From positions 30,258,001-30,322,000 of the forward strand of contig CM119371.1 in assembly GCA_051294905.1 (NCBI GenBank): 64,000 nucleotides of DNA, in the 5' to 3' direction. The position numbers and the translations under genes are program-made. Within the stretch, counting starts at the first letter, position 1. Every line of letters starts with the position of its first letter. A model generated the notes under the pieces. The model saw nothing but the letters and a program-made list of their open reading frames with translations. It had not been told where the DNA came from and ran no database searches. Of this stretch, positions 1 to 14,500 are shown one piece after another. The stretch is from Botryllus schlosseri (lineage: Eukaryota).

Positions 1-721
1 AACCCAGCATATCCCACTGTCTTGACCTCTCAAATACATGTTTATGCTGCCACGAGAATAATTATCCTGGCAGCCATGAAAATTTACGAACAAGTTGATG
101 AAATATTGATAAATTAAGTACAAAATTGAACATTTGTCAAGGAGCCATATCTTATACCCAAAAGAGCCATAGGTTCCCGACCACTGCTATACGGTATAGC
201 AAGATTTGGTTTCAAACCCATGTCCGGTGCTCCAAATAATCATGCGAATTCTTCAGAAAATTTGTTGACCGGTTTATATTTACCAATCACAAGTCAGAAA
301 GGATGTGGCAGATGACAACCTGACTGGATTCTCGCCAACTTCTGCATTAACAATAAAATCGAGGATTTTGTCATAATTTCATACTCGTGCGATTAGTAAT
401 ATTTTATACTCCGAAAAAGTATCGAAAATGCATCGCGATCTTGATAATTTTTTGAAAAGTAAAGGGGACTCGGACTGTTTAGCTTGCATAATTGAAAACT
501 ACCGATACCCTGACGGCACAACGGGTTCATCTACTCAGCAGAGCCTGGTATGAAAACACTGCTGATGAAGATATAGCCTAGTTATTGCACCATAAGCCGT
601 GACTTATGGCCTGGAATCATGGAATTTGCATGTTCTAGTGTGGATAGCACACAAGCCAGGCTACAACCATTCGTGGTCAAATGAGCACATAGGAAGGAAT
701 GAAATGAGGTTTTTAACTATT

Positions 722-975
722 TGTGGTATTCATGGTGTTGTCGACTACTATGGTAATTTACACCAGACTGATATTCTTCAGTTTTCGGCTTATAGTAAGA
801 CTAAAAGACTTCTAGGCTTTTCGTAGGACACCGCTTACGCGGATAAGATGGCGAGGTGGCCTATATAAACCTCCAACACGTAGGTAATGAAATTCTGAAG
901 CCGACCTCGGTCGGACTCGAAACCGCAACCCATTGGCGTTGCAGCCGCGGTTTATACCACTGCTCTATCTCGCCA
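722..975 (-). mobile_element. tRNA-derived SINE, family A
   Basis: Reverse complement begins TGGCGAGATAGAGCAGTGGT (A box)...GGTTTCGAGTCC (B box); body shared with copies at 31.5k, 41.7k, 47.8k and 61.1k. Confidence 0.85.
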
Positions 976-2508
976 CTGAAATGAGCCTACAGCCGCAACA
1001 ACGAAATCATACTGCATGAACGAAAACGAAATTTTTCGCTTTCGCTAACATCCATTACACATGAGACAAGATTAGGCAATATATGCAATCAAATCTCGCA
1101 GCAATTTTTCGGTTTCCTTCACAGCGGATAAAGAAAACGCCCAGGGCTATCGCGCTGCGTTGCGTTGTGTCGCTTTGCGCGATGAAGTTTCATCGAAGAA
1201 AATGGCGGAAACCTTTCATCAACGTTTTATTAGGAGACCGCAACAAATAATGCAAAACCGCAGTTCATTTTCGGTGCTTCAAGACAATGCAGCCTGGTCA
1301 TTTCATCGGTCGGGTATAAAATACCGTTCATTACCCAATATATCTCATGCTTCAAACACGAAGTGAAACAGTTATCGCAAACGATAAAACGAACAGGTCT
1401 ACTCACATCACTTTATTCAGAAAGTTTGAAGCAGGAGCCTGAACGTGGTACGTATGGGTAGTTGTCAGCAGTGTGTTTGATTGAATCTAAGGCACTGATA
1501 GCCCATTTGCAGGTTATCGAGGATATTGATAGAAGGACGAGGATCGATCCACAATGAATCGGTTCCGTGACTTGAACAGGTTCGATTTTTCACGCCCGAT
1601 CGCCTTCACAGCCCGGTCACTATCATCCTATTCATATTGATTTCTCATTTGCCCTACATAATTTTCGATCTCTAGTTATAAAGATATTGCCGCGCGAACT
1701 TTACCGGTAATATTGTTGTTTTAGGTTTGCCGGATGTTTTGTGACTGTATTTTCATTAACACTTGTACACTAGATCGATTGTTATGATCCCGTATCTGCC
1801 GACTTATAGCACGGGGCACTTCTATGCTTTTTATGACACCGCTTACGCGGATGGGATAGCCATACTGGTAATGCAGCGGAACGTGTTTGACGTATAAAAC
1901 GGGGTAATAGTGCAGCTGAGCAGTGTGAGTTTTTAGTTTAAAATCGACTCTTTATCATTCTTGATGTCTCATGATTCGATTCTGGTTTTCCGAATAAAAT
2001 CAGGTCCTTCACTTCAAATATAATCGAATCAGATAATTATTTATCGATGGGAGTCAACATGAATTGTCAAATTGAAGATACCTACTCATTTTCTGGTTGG
2101 ACAAATTGAGTTTGATTGGCGGATGCCAATAGCCTGATTTGCGTGAGCCGATGGAGTACCGTACCTATAAAGATCGCTTACATTATTACGCTTAAAACTT
2201 GAAGCGATGCAAGCAATCATAATTTAAATACTAGGGCCACTCATTCAATACAACGGTGTTTATAAAATATGATTCTCACATTTTGTTTCGGTTATTTAAT
2301 AAATTATAGTGTTTCGAATCGATTCGGGCGCGGGTATTGAGGTTCGATTGTAATCCGTTGTGATTTGATTCTGCCCGTCACCAGTTACAAAAAGAGTTGT
2401 TTACTACAATCTCTGTCTTCAACATTTGAAACCTGATTTTGGTTCTGAAATCGCGTTGAAACTTCAACTGTTGCCGACTTATAAATTTGTTTGAAACTGA
2501 TTTTACAG

Positions 2509-5500
2509 GCTACGAGAAGTAACTGCGTAACAAGGCTGTGGCGTAGGTATAAGTTATTCGTTGATATACGGACATCAGACCACAACTCATGCAAACTATA
2601 TTGTGCTCAACTCAAGCCAGTCCAAAAGCAAACGCTGGATTGTCAGACCTCATCCCAGACGAAAAGCGTAGAAATAAGTAAAATTGATTTAGCAGGCGCT
2701 TGGTAATGATGAAATTAAAGGAAACGAACACCAATTGCCCAGCGTGGCGAGTGGCGCGTATATAGTTGTATGTACCGCTGCCATGCCAATGGCTTGCGGA
2801 CGTGAATGCGACCGAGGTCGACTCCAGGTTTCCTTCTCGAGTGTCGAAGATTTACCTTAGGCCCCTTATCATCAAATACCCGCATAAGCAGCAGTATCTT
2901 ACAGGAGCCTAGCAGGAACGTAGACCTATAAGGATATCGCCGTGGTGTAAAATTACCATTGGTCAAGTTCAAATACCACCGACTATAAGAACTGATCGCT
3001 TAAGTCGCGAGGCTTACGATGCAAAAGTGACCTCTTCCACAGGATAAAATTGCATGTTCTTTTCAATTCTCTACTAGTTGCTGACAAGGTTCCTGCCGAA
3101 AATATTCGGGTTCATTTCAATATAAACATGCCATTCAATTGTATCTTGAAGTTCTGTACCCCCAGGCAGCTCTTCTGATAACAAAATAACGGAGTGCAAA
3201 TTCGTGATTAATTGCGTCGGCTTTAACAAACCTCATTGTATGGCAGACTATCACATCCCCATATTTAGCCAGCTATGTCGGCATTTACTGCAACCTATGC
3301 ATCTTGCACGTATCATAGGCTAAAACCAGTATTTGGTGAACCAATATCACAAAACTTTCGTGAGATAGGATAAATGTGATCAATTAAGAACGTATACGTT
3401 GCAGATTCCACGTACTGGTGACTGTCTTCGGAATAATCTTCCATGGTACGTGCTGCAAAATATTATATACAAATACATCCTCAATTAATCACTCAATATT
3501 AACATATCTATAATACAGATGGCGACGGATGCGTGGACCAACACTCGTGGTGTCGAGCGAATAGGAATTTCTGCCATTTGGATACCATGAGCAGAGATTG
3601 CCCTTTAACATGTGGTTCTTGCCTTCCTGCAGGTACGGTAATAAGCTTTTAATATCCAATTTTTGAAGAAAAGGCTATAGTTGCAAATCGGGGATGAATA
3701 ACTTGAAACCAACGTGTGGGCATTAGGGCTCTTCAAAAAGGACTTTTTTCTCACATCGTACTGGCTACTTGATAAAATTGTTAGGTTACCTAATTTATGC
3801 ATGCACACCAAATTCTGTTCAATTCCAGCCAGTAGCCGCTTTGCTACAGGAGAAGAAAGTTTCTATTTATTATATAAAAAATAAAAATAAAAAAATTTGA
3901 AAATTTTCTGTTCACCCCATCAAAGTGTCAGGCTGTCTATAGAGACGATGCTCACCAAATTTGGTTCGATTCCAACCAGTGGAAGCGGAGTTATTGCCGT
4001 CGAAAAATTTGGATTACGAACAAAATAGTATTTACGGTGGCCGATTCTTTAATTATTTATTATAGTAACGTCCACCGTAACTACTATTTTATTCAAATAC
4101 AAATTTTTTGGGATTCCAAATTTTCATTGGTTCGCCCATTATATCGAGTCGGTATCAGTCTTCGGATGAAATACCGGTTTCCGCCACTTGAGTTGAAAGA
4201 ATGTCGGCAATTTGTGTGACGGTTGTAGCTGTAGAAAGTCAGATAATTAAACTTTTCTACTGCTGTACTGGGTATAATGATCTGATTCTTAGCGCAGGGA
4301 TCACCAACGCGTTGCGCGCGGGCAATGTTCCCTCTAATTTTTGACGAGTGTGCGTACCCACACCAACTCACTGCGCAGACCCTTGGACAACAGTGCGTAA
4401 CGGCTAAAAAAAGAAGGTCATCACTTCGGATTTGTGTGCGCATCTTAGATTTTCTGTGCGCAGAGACCATGTCAGCACTGCGCACACTGTAAAAAATAAA
4501 GGTGGGTTTTTGGGTGGAGTAGGGGTGTAAATGACATTTACACCCTTACGTACAGGTGTAACGTCAGATCCACCTACTTTAGAGGGTGGATGTCATTATC
4601 CACCTATTCAAATAGGAGTAAATGTATTTCCACCTTATGTTTCACCTCAAAACATCACCATGCACGTGATGACGGTGAGGGGATTTCTAATCGGTAAGTC
4701 CAGATCCAAAACCATTACAAAAACATCTTAAATTCGAATCCCATCCAAATCTTGCAAAATTTCACAAATTCCTATTCATACTTGTTAGGTGTCATATTAT
4801 GAAATTTTAAACGAAATAAATATGTATTGTCTGTGCGTTGAGACGTGCAAGTTATCCATGAAATGTAACGCTGAACGTCAATAGTGGTTGCGTTATGTCT
4901 TATGCATACACATATAAATATAACGTAATGTTTACTTGTGTCGTAAATATGTGGGTATGACGTTACTGAACCAGCGTATTGCTTTAAAAACTATAATTAC
5001 TATAAAACTATAATTGCGGTATAAAATATACCAACTCGATAACTTTTCGTGCACAACATTCATTGGCACCGCGTTTTCCATATTTTAGTAAACCATAAGT
5101 ACATTATTAACTGATCTGAATAAAGTTTGTCGCCATCGGCGACACGAAATTTCAATCTCTCAGAAAATCAGTAAATCCAATCCAAATCATAATCCATTAA
5201 GAAAGAAACTCCAATCATAATCCAAACCAAATCCGACAAAATTGTAACAAATCCGGTTTTTCAAATCGTAATTCTAATCACGCTAATCTCTGGTCAATAA
5301 TATATATATTTATATTTGACATTAGTTGTATATATACAATTTGTGCAGTGATGGGCAGTAAATACCATTGTAAAAAAGTATCGCGATCATAATTATTGGG
5401 TATTGCTGTTACGTCATACTGATTCACTTTGGTGAGCAATGAGTGGCGGACTGCATGCTGGCTTTTGATTATTTGTCGAGTTACTAAAAAGTTCAGCAGC

Positions 5501-8500
5501 GTAAAAATGTGAATGCTAGTGTTGTTACGTCATACTGATTCATTTTGGTGAGAAATGATTGGCGGAGTGTTGGATTCTGATTGGTTCTTCAATTACTAAA
5601 AAGTTCGTCTGCGAAAAAATGTCAATGCTGGCGCTGGATTTTGGATTGACCTGGATTCGGTTGGACTGGCTTTGACTTTGAATTATGGATTGGCTATGTC
5701 CTGTTGGGGGGTGCGTTATAATGGCGTTTTCCAGTCGCGCCTACTTGTTAAGCCATTTGCGAGGATCTCATCGTTCCTGCCGGACGTACTGCTGCAGAAT
5801 GGGATCCTGCAATGCCATGCGCACGACATACACCAGCTATAGAGTGCATTTATACCGACAACATGCCACTGTGCAGACCAGCGTACCTGCCATTGCACTG
5901 GTGAACAACAACGATTTACTGAGCGGATTTTACGATGAGCTTCATCCTAGTGAGCAGTCGGATGAGGCAGGAACTCTCAGTGCATCAACAGCAAGTTCTG
6001 TTAATTTCAGTGATGCGTGCTTGAAGTTGAATTTGTGCATGCTGGAGAAATTCTCGCTTCCTAGATCTGTTTCACGTAATATTATGCTAATGTTTATTAA
6101 TCTTTTCGAGGATTTCAAAGATATCTCCCAAACCGAATTAGGACAAGTGGTTGATCAGTCGCAGAGTGAATACATATTCAGGAAGTCGCTGCTTACTCTG
6201 GGCTTGATTGAGCCAATTGAGAAGTTTCCCTCTGAGCAACGGAATCTAAGCTATCAATATATTCCGATATTGCGTGTTCTTGAGCAATATATTTCACACA
6301 AGGACGTAACAGACAGTATGGACAGAAGCTTCTCCAACAGCTCTAATGGCTTACTAAACAATTTTTGTGATGGGACTCTATTCTTTGATCATCCTTTTTT
6401 CAAAGCTGATCGCAGCCTATTACGTATTCATCTTTATGTTGATGATCTCGAATTATGCAATCCTCTCGGAGGTTCCAGAGTAATGCATAAGTTAACCTGT
6501 TTCTATTTTGTTCTGGGTAATGTCGAGATGAAATATCTCTCAAGCCTTCGCAATATTCATCCTGTTATTATTGCTAAAAGTGCGGTTGTGAAGAAGGTTG
6601 GTTATGCAGCGATACTTGATCCTCTATACCAAGATCTGAAAATATTGGAGACCTATGGCATCAGTGTGACCTTACATAATGGTCAAACAAACCAGTTCAG
6701 GGGCGGCTTAGTTACGATCAGTGCCGATAATTTGGCTAGTCATGACCTAGCTGGTTTCCGCAGAAGCTTCAGCAGTGGACGTATCTGTAGATTTTGCATG
6801 TGCCACTACCATGACTTGACTCGTAAGTTTTCTGAGGATATGTTTCAAATCCGAAATTCAGCTGATCATGAATGTCATGTTCGAGATGTTGGTAATGATC
6901 CATCGCTAGAAAGTGTGTATGGTGTTCGAATGGGGAGTCCTTTATCTGGACTCCAGTCTTTCAATGTCATAGATGGATTGCCTTCGGATATTATGCATGA
7001 TTTCCTTGAAGGAGTGGCCCCGGGTATCCTTCAATATATCATTGACGGTCTGATTCTTGATACTATGACCAAATCGGATTTTATTGATTTAGTGCAAAGT
7101 TTCCCTTATGGCCGTTACGAAAAGCGAAATAAGCCTCATTATAAAGGAAATGTCTCATCATTGACTGCGACACAGACATGGTGCTTGTTTAATCACTTTG
7201 GCTTTATAGTAGGCACTTATGTGACTGATGGAGATGATACATGGGAACTTTATTTGATGCTATCTCGAATCTCTGACATAATATTTGCAAAACATTTGTC
7301 AACCAACATGGTAAATGAACTGGATGTTTTGGTGGTTGATTTTTACAAGAAAGTTCTTGAATGCGCACCTCATGTTGTGAAGCCAAAATTCCATTTTATG
7401 TTACACTATGCCTCAATGATTAAAAAGTGCGGACCGATCTCTCACCTTTGGAGTATGAGATTTGAGAGCTATCACCAAATTGTCAAAAAAATCAGTCGAA
7501 ACTCTGGAAATTTCAAAAATATTTCCTTTACAGTGGCAAGTCGCTTACAGCAAAGGAAGTGCTGGGAAATGACCTCCGCGAATTGCTTATGCGATAGTCC
7601 ACCGAATATTAACATTGAGAATATTTTGGCCTCAACAATACCAGATTGTTATGCTGGCTTACTTGGGTTCCAAAGTTTTCCAGAGGGAATGAAAATAGGG
7701 AGTGCTAAATTGTATGACGATGGTTGCGAACGGTACCAATGCAATGGAACATATGTTGTCAGTGAGAAAGATGATTGTCCGATTTTTTGTAAAGTTGAGT
7801 ACATTTTGTTAATTCGTAATCAATGGAAAATGTTGGGGAAATTACTCGAGTCATCATTTTATCGCCATATGCATTGCTACTCTGTATTTGAAACGGGTTT
7901 GTTCCATGCATTTTCTCCGAACGAATTGATATACAATAGACCTTTCGATGTATATTCAATCGGTGAGTCCAGATTTATAAGACTCCATCATTGTGTATGT
8001 TTTTCCGATGCCAGTAATTTCTGAATAGCTTTTAATCAACTTGTTTCTTCAATCCAGATAACAATACGATGAGATTGTTAGTCAAGATATTAGATCATGA
8101 TAGAACTATTTCTGTTGCTGGTGCTTCGGAGATAAAAAGTGCAGTTTATGAGGTATTTGAAGAAACGGAGGTAAGATCAAATTAACTATAAACCGATTTG
8201 CACTGGCGAGGTAAACCGGCGGATGGTAGATCCCTTTGGTGAGAAATGATTGGCGGGCTGTTGGATTTTGATTTGTTGTTGAATTACTGAAAAGTTCGGC
8301 TGCGAAAAATATTTGACCGCCAGTGTTGTTACGTCATACTGATTCACTTTGGTGAGAAATGATTGGCGGACTGTCGGATTCTGATTGGTTATTGAATTAC
8401 TGAAAAGTTCGGCTGTGAAAAAAAATGTGAATGCTGGATTTTGTGTAGACGCTGGATCGGCTCGCCATATGCATACTTCTGTACCGGCATGTATTTCCGA

Positions 8501-11500
8501 TGCCAGTTATTTCTAAAGATCTTCTTATCAACTTGTTCCTTCAATCCAGATAACAATATGATGAGATTGCTAGTTAAGATATTAGATCACGATAGAATTA
8601 TTTCTGTTGCTGATACTTCAAAGATAGAAAGTGCGGTTCATCAAGTATTTAAAGATGTATTGCACGGTAGTGATTGTAAAATCAAGTGCTACGACAGAGC
8701 ATTTGGTCAATATGTTGATCTCAAATATGCCAAGGTCGGTGACAACGACATCCTCAAGGTTAGCGTTCCAATACGCGGAAGCAATGAAGGTAAGACCAAA
8801 TTTACCATTACCAACTGGTATACCGGCAGGTTTTCCTAAGATTTTACTTAACTTTTCAAAACTTGAAAACATTACCTTAATGGATGCGAAACCAACAAGT
8901 GAAGTATCGTTACTATCGTCGGCCGCGTCAAACTGCGGCTTTCTGTGAAACTTTCTACAGTACTTAAATTGTATCCATCGCATAATTTGAGCAAAGAGGT
9001 CACTGATGTCTTGTTCGAGAGATGTTATCATTGTTGCTGTTCACAGCATGTAGTTATTCGCATTAGGTATATGTGATGGACTACAGTATATAAAGACGTA
9101 ATCCAAAACATGTACAATTTTGCAACAAGTTTTTCTCGTGTTCTCGATTACCTTATATCAACGCGTGGTTTAAATTTAGCCACCTCGCTTCGTGGCGTTG
9201 GTTGTGCGTTGTCGAACGGCATTACTCGAGAGCATAGTACTGTGTTTCGCATCCCATTTAGGTCATGTTTTGAAATTTTGTGGAAAAACCCGCTTGTGCC
9301 TGTTTATTTAGACTTGCATTAAGTAGTATTTACGGTGGTAAATTCCTGATTATTTTATGTAATTATAAGTTAAATTCGTTGTGCATCATTCTTTCACACA
9401 ATCAATAATTATCATGTGGTAACCGGAAATATCTGAAGAAGTTGTATATATTTTCAATAAATGAAATGAATAGTAAGCTTTTTTCTACATAGCAATCCGA
9501 CTTACAAGTGTCAAAATTTGTGTGAAGTATTTTTTAGGTAACCTAGCAATTTTATCAAGTAGCCAGTAAAATTTTTTAAAAAGTCATTTTTGAAACCCCT
9601 GGGTCTTGCGATCTGCTTTCACGTTTCAGTCATTTGATTTCTTTATTAGATGAAGGGAAGACATCAACTACTGATGGCTGCGAAGGCGAACCTGCATCCT
9701 GTAGCACCACTGTGATCAAGTCTATTCAAGGTGTTCTGAAGGAGTGTGCAAATATGACTTTTTAAAAATTTTAGTGGCCACTTGATAGAATTGTTAGGTT
9801 ACCTAATTGAAGGCTGCTGGTTCAATTTAATCCAATAGCCGCATTGCTAGGAGAGACGAAAGTTATTCATCATTTAAAAAGAAATTTCAAAATTTTATTC
9901 ATATTCCATGAAATTGAGATTGACATGTCTATAGAAAGAATGATCACCGAATATGGTCCAATTCCAACTAGTGGAAGCGGAGTTATTTTATAATTGAGAA
10001 ATTTAGATTTGAAAAAAATATTTTTTACCCTGGCATATTCCGAAGTATTTACCAATATAGTTCTTAGTCAAATTCGTTAGGTATCCCAACAATTGTAGCA
10101 AGTACAATTTGACAGAAAAAGTCCTTTTTGAACACCCTTGTGTCCTACGATGATCATTCACGTTTGATTCATTTGATTTCTTTATTAGATGAAGGGAAGA
10201 CATCAACTGCTGATGGCTGTGAAGGTGAACCTCCATTCTGTAGCAAAGCTGCGATCAAGTCTAGTCAAGGTGGGGTGTTCTGAAGGAGTGTGCAAATATG
10301 ACTTTTTATTTAAAAATTTTAGTCGCTACTTTATAGAATTGTTAGGTTACCAAATTGAAGGCTGCTGGTTCAATTTAATCCAAAAGCCGCATTGCTAGGA
10401 GAGACGAAAGTTATTCATCATTTGAAAAGAAATTTCAAAATTTTATTCATATTCCATGAAATTGAGATTGACATGTCTATAGAAAGAATGATCACCGAAT
10501 ATGGTCCAATTCCAACTAGTGGAAGCGGAGTTATTTTATAATTGAGAAATTTAGATTTGAAAAAAATATTTTTTACCCTGGCATATTCCGAAGTATTTAC
10601 CAATATAGTTCTTAGTCAAATTCGTTAGGTATCCCAACAATTGTAGCAAGTACAATTTGACAGAAAAAGTCCTTTTTGAACACCCTTGTGTCCTACGATG
10701 ATCATTCACGTTTGATTCATTTGATTTCTTTATTAGATGAAGGGAAGACATCAACTGCTGATGGCTGTGAAGGTGAACCTCCATTCTGTAGCAAAGCTGC
10801 GATCAAGTCTAGTCAAGGTGGGGTGTTCTGAAGGAGTGTGCAAATATGACTTTTTATTTAAAAATTTTAGTCGCTACTTTATAGAATTGTTAGGTTACCT
10901 AATTTAAGGCTGCTGGTTCAATTTAATCCAAAAGCCGCATTGCTAGGAGAGACGAAAGTTATTCATCACTTGAAAAGAAATTTCAAATTTTTATCCATAA
11001 TCTATGAAATTGACATTGACATGTCTATAGAAACAATGATCACCGAATAATGGTCCGATTCCAACTAGTGGAAGCGGAGTTATGTTATAATTGAGAAATT
11101 TAGATTTGAATAAAATATTTTTTACCCTGGCATATTCCGAAGTTTTTACCAATATAGTTCTCAGTCAAATTGGTTAGGTAACACAACAATTGTAGCAAGT
11201 ACAATTTGACAGAAAAAGTCCTTTTTGAACACCCTTGTGTCCTGCGATGATCATTCACGTTTCAGTCATTTGATTTCTTTATTAGATGAAGGGAAGACAT
11301 CAACTGCTGATGGCTGCGAAGGTGAACCTCCATCCTGTAGCAGCACTGTGATCGAGTATAGTCAAGGTAGGGTGTTCTGCGATCAGCATTTACGTTTGAG
11401 TTATTTGATTCATGTATTAAGATGACGGGAAGAGAATAACAGCTGCCTGCTTGGATGGTGAATTTCGATCTTGCAGCACCTCTCCAATCAGGTCAAGCCG

Positions 11501-14500
11501 GAGTAGGTTTGAAATGAAGTGGCCAGGCACAAAATACGCATTTACTTTGCCTAAAAACGTCGAGCAAGAGCTGGAATTGTATCGAGGGAAGAATGTCACT
11601 TCCATCCCTGGAAAACTTAGAAGGGACATTGTGGGTTTCCTCTTCAATGACTCGCGTAAATTTACTGGGTATACGCGAAACATTTCATGGACAAAAACTC
11701 GTTTAACTCATATACTATTCTTTCATTTTTCACAGCTGGTATCCAGACAGGAAACAATATCACACTGCTCTGACATATCTGGTAACCAAGTACCCCATTT
11801 TGGAAGACAGAATTTCATTTCCTGGAAAACCGTCCTATGTAAGTTGTTAGTGTGTGGACATTCGACTTATTTGTGCTACCAATACTCTCAACATAATGCA
11901 TTCCAGGGATCTTGGAGTGGTCCGCTGATCACAAAATTCAAAGAATGGCGTAGAAACAAAAAAGATCCAATCGTGATGGAAAAAAAAAAGATATTCGGTA
12001 ACAAAAAAAGACAAAACAAGGACAATGACGATGCAATTACCGCACGGTGCAAAGTTCCTCGCATCCAATCCCCTGACGTAATTTTATCATTTGAAGTTCC
12101 TTTTTAAAGCTTACTTCAGTTTGACTGCTTTGCAGAAAGCTGATCCGCCTAGATATGCTCGAGAGGATGAGACGAGCATAGCTGCTCATCAAAGTACAAT
12201 TAGGTCACAATACCATAAGAGAAATCCTGATACTTCGATGATAATCGACCGAATGAAGCGAACCTTCAGGAGACGCAGAGAAGATATAATCAATGGCATG
12301 ACAACCAGAGATGTCTTGGAGCAATATCCCCTTCTTGTGGAGGCACGTTGGGTAAGATCTTGAATCCTCATCTTACATCGATAGTATCAATAGCTAAAAT
12401 CTTTCCAGATCCTCGAAGAATTGAAAATACTCTGTCATACTGCTGGTTGCATTGAAGACCTTTGTAGAGTTGATCTACCAAGAATAATCGCAGGAAAAGT
12501 GTCCAGCTCGGCTCAATGCTTGACAAAATTAGGGAATGTTCCAGATTACATCAGAAAGCTGATGCGTAAGTTGTTTCCATACTACCATTTCTATATTTCA
12601 TTCAGTGAAAAACGCCAAATATTTGATAAGTGCCGTTCGTCCTATGGCATCTCTTGGAAAGGGAAGCTAAAATCAACTCAAGTACGAGTAGAAGTAGTCC
12701 TTTTGAAAACGTCCTTAAATTGCTTGGAGTATAAGTAGCGACGCAGTACAAAGTTTCAACACATAAAAACTATGGCGGAATGGAAGTAGAGGAATATTTC
12801 CAGACATAGCACTTCATCAATTACTACCTCTGATAGCCACCCTTTAATGTTATCGGATATGTTTTCAATGATCAACTTATGACCTAACATTGAATATTTT
12901 TCAGACTCTCAAAAGCTGGACTGGATGGTTGGCATGCCTACCATTTTTGGTGACAGCTATTCACATTTCTTGATAGTTGATCAGGTAATATTTTTATCGA
13001 TGTTAACTAGCACTTATATGATTTTAGCCTACATGACAAACAAGCGCTGTACGAGATTTGAGTTCAATAGCATCTGAATCAGTGTTGGGATCAAGTCACT
13101 ACCTTCGAGTCACGAGTCATTTCGAGTCATGGCACATTTTGACTCGAGTCAAGTCAAGTCAATTGATTTTCGAAGGTGACTCGAGTCAAGTCAAGTCACT
13201 CGATTTTTGGAGGTGACTCGAGTCAAGTCGAGTCAAGTCAAGTCAAGTCACGAGTCAAGTCACAATTCAAGTCAAGTTGCCTTTTCAAAGTATAAGGCAT
13301 GGCTCACATATAGGCCTACGTAGAACTGTTAAACTACGTAAGTAGCCTTATTGCAGAGCCTCGATCAGTTTATAGTTATACCAGCAGCCAAATTAGAGAA
13401 TATAGAATAGAAAAACGAATTGATAAGATGCAATACATTACCGATTTACAAATTGATATGATACAATTCGAGGCTGCGCCAATGGTTGAGGACTATATAA
13501 ACTATATTCAAATTCAATTTCGATAAAACCAGAGATTCGGTTATAAGCAGGAGTGTCAAAATCGACTTGTGTCGCAGGCCCAAATAAAACCTTCAGATCG
13601 CTTGCGGGCCGGACAAGTCAAATGATTCCAAAATGTCACCGTAAACGCGATTCCCCTATTTTTCACGAAAGTATTTGATTATCTAGCAATTCTAGCGTAT
13701 ATATACAACATAGTAGACTATATTATACATAATTTTACGGATGATGAGGGTTCTATTCCAGCAACACCGCAAACAACAGAATTGGCAAAAATACGATGAT
13801 TGGCCGATTGAATGGTCGGCGTTGGTCGCTCTAACTGCGGTATAAACTGCGTGGCATATTTCCATGCTCCCTTTGTTTTAGTCATTTAGTCAAGCGTTGT
13901 GAGAAAAACAACTATAAATGTGGACGTTGTAATTATAATCTGCATTAGCGGTATCGCACAAGCATTTCGCTTCCGTTGGCAATTACTAATAAGGGCCATT
14001 TTTCCATAAAACGATGCAGGCTACTCAGTGTGCAGTCTGTGCAGCATGCACTCTTTTGTTCATTGCGGATTGATATTGTGTGACCTTCTAACATTGATCT
14101 TGTACGACATCTGCTGTCTTGAGGCATTATTTAATCAAAGTATTTCTTACCATCAAATCTTGATACTTGTTATAAATATGTTGGGTAATACAACTGTTTT
14201 TCAATCTACTCGTAATTGCTTCGCGGGCCGTATGAAATCGTCTGGTGGGCCGTATGTTTGACACCCCTGGGTTAGGGTAAGAACAGCAGCGTTTCGCGAA
14301 CAATCCGACCACATGCAAGATACAGTGATTTTTATCGACACCGATTACTTGATGACTTGAAATTGACTCGTGAAGTTTGCTCCGAGTCACGAGTCAATCC
14401 ACATTTCTGATACGCCGAGTCAAGTCAAGTCAAGTCATTTTAGCAAAGTGACTCGAGTCAAGTCAAGTCATACGAAAAAGGTGACTCGTGTCTGACTCGA

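Noticed and set aside
900..975. tRNA gene (also 25017-25090, 41930-42004, 61142-61220)
   Set aside because: A/B boxes are present but there is no convincing cloverleaf acceptor stem, and each head continues into a SINE body (shared across copies for family A).
9870..10784. Duplicated minus-strand ORFs of 61 and 77 aa
   Set aside because: Antisense by-products of the tandem repeat; the splice signals support coding on the + strand.
9600..11420. Regularly spaced repeats as a possible CRISPR-like array
   Set aside because: Units are ~548-bp whole-unit duplications with no unique spacers, in a eukaryotic intron/exon context and with no cas genes.
12606..12628. Possible micro-exon of ORF2 (LKNAKYLI)
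   Set aside because: Weak donor, and not needed to maintain the frame between 12565 and 12905.
13090..13280. CAAGT/GAGTC periodic tract as a satellite or regulatory array
   Set aside because: It is the subterminal array of a hAT element bounded by TIRs and the ATCTGAAT TSD.
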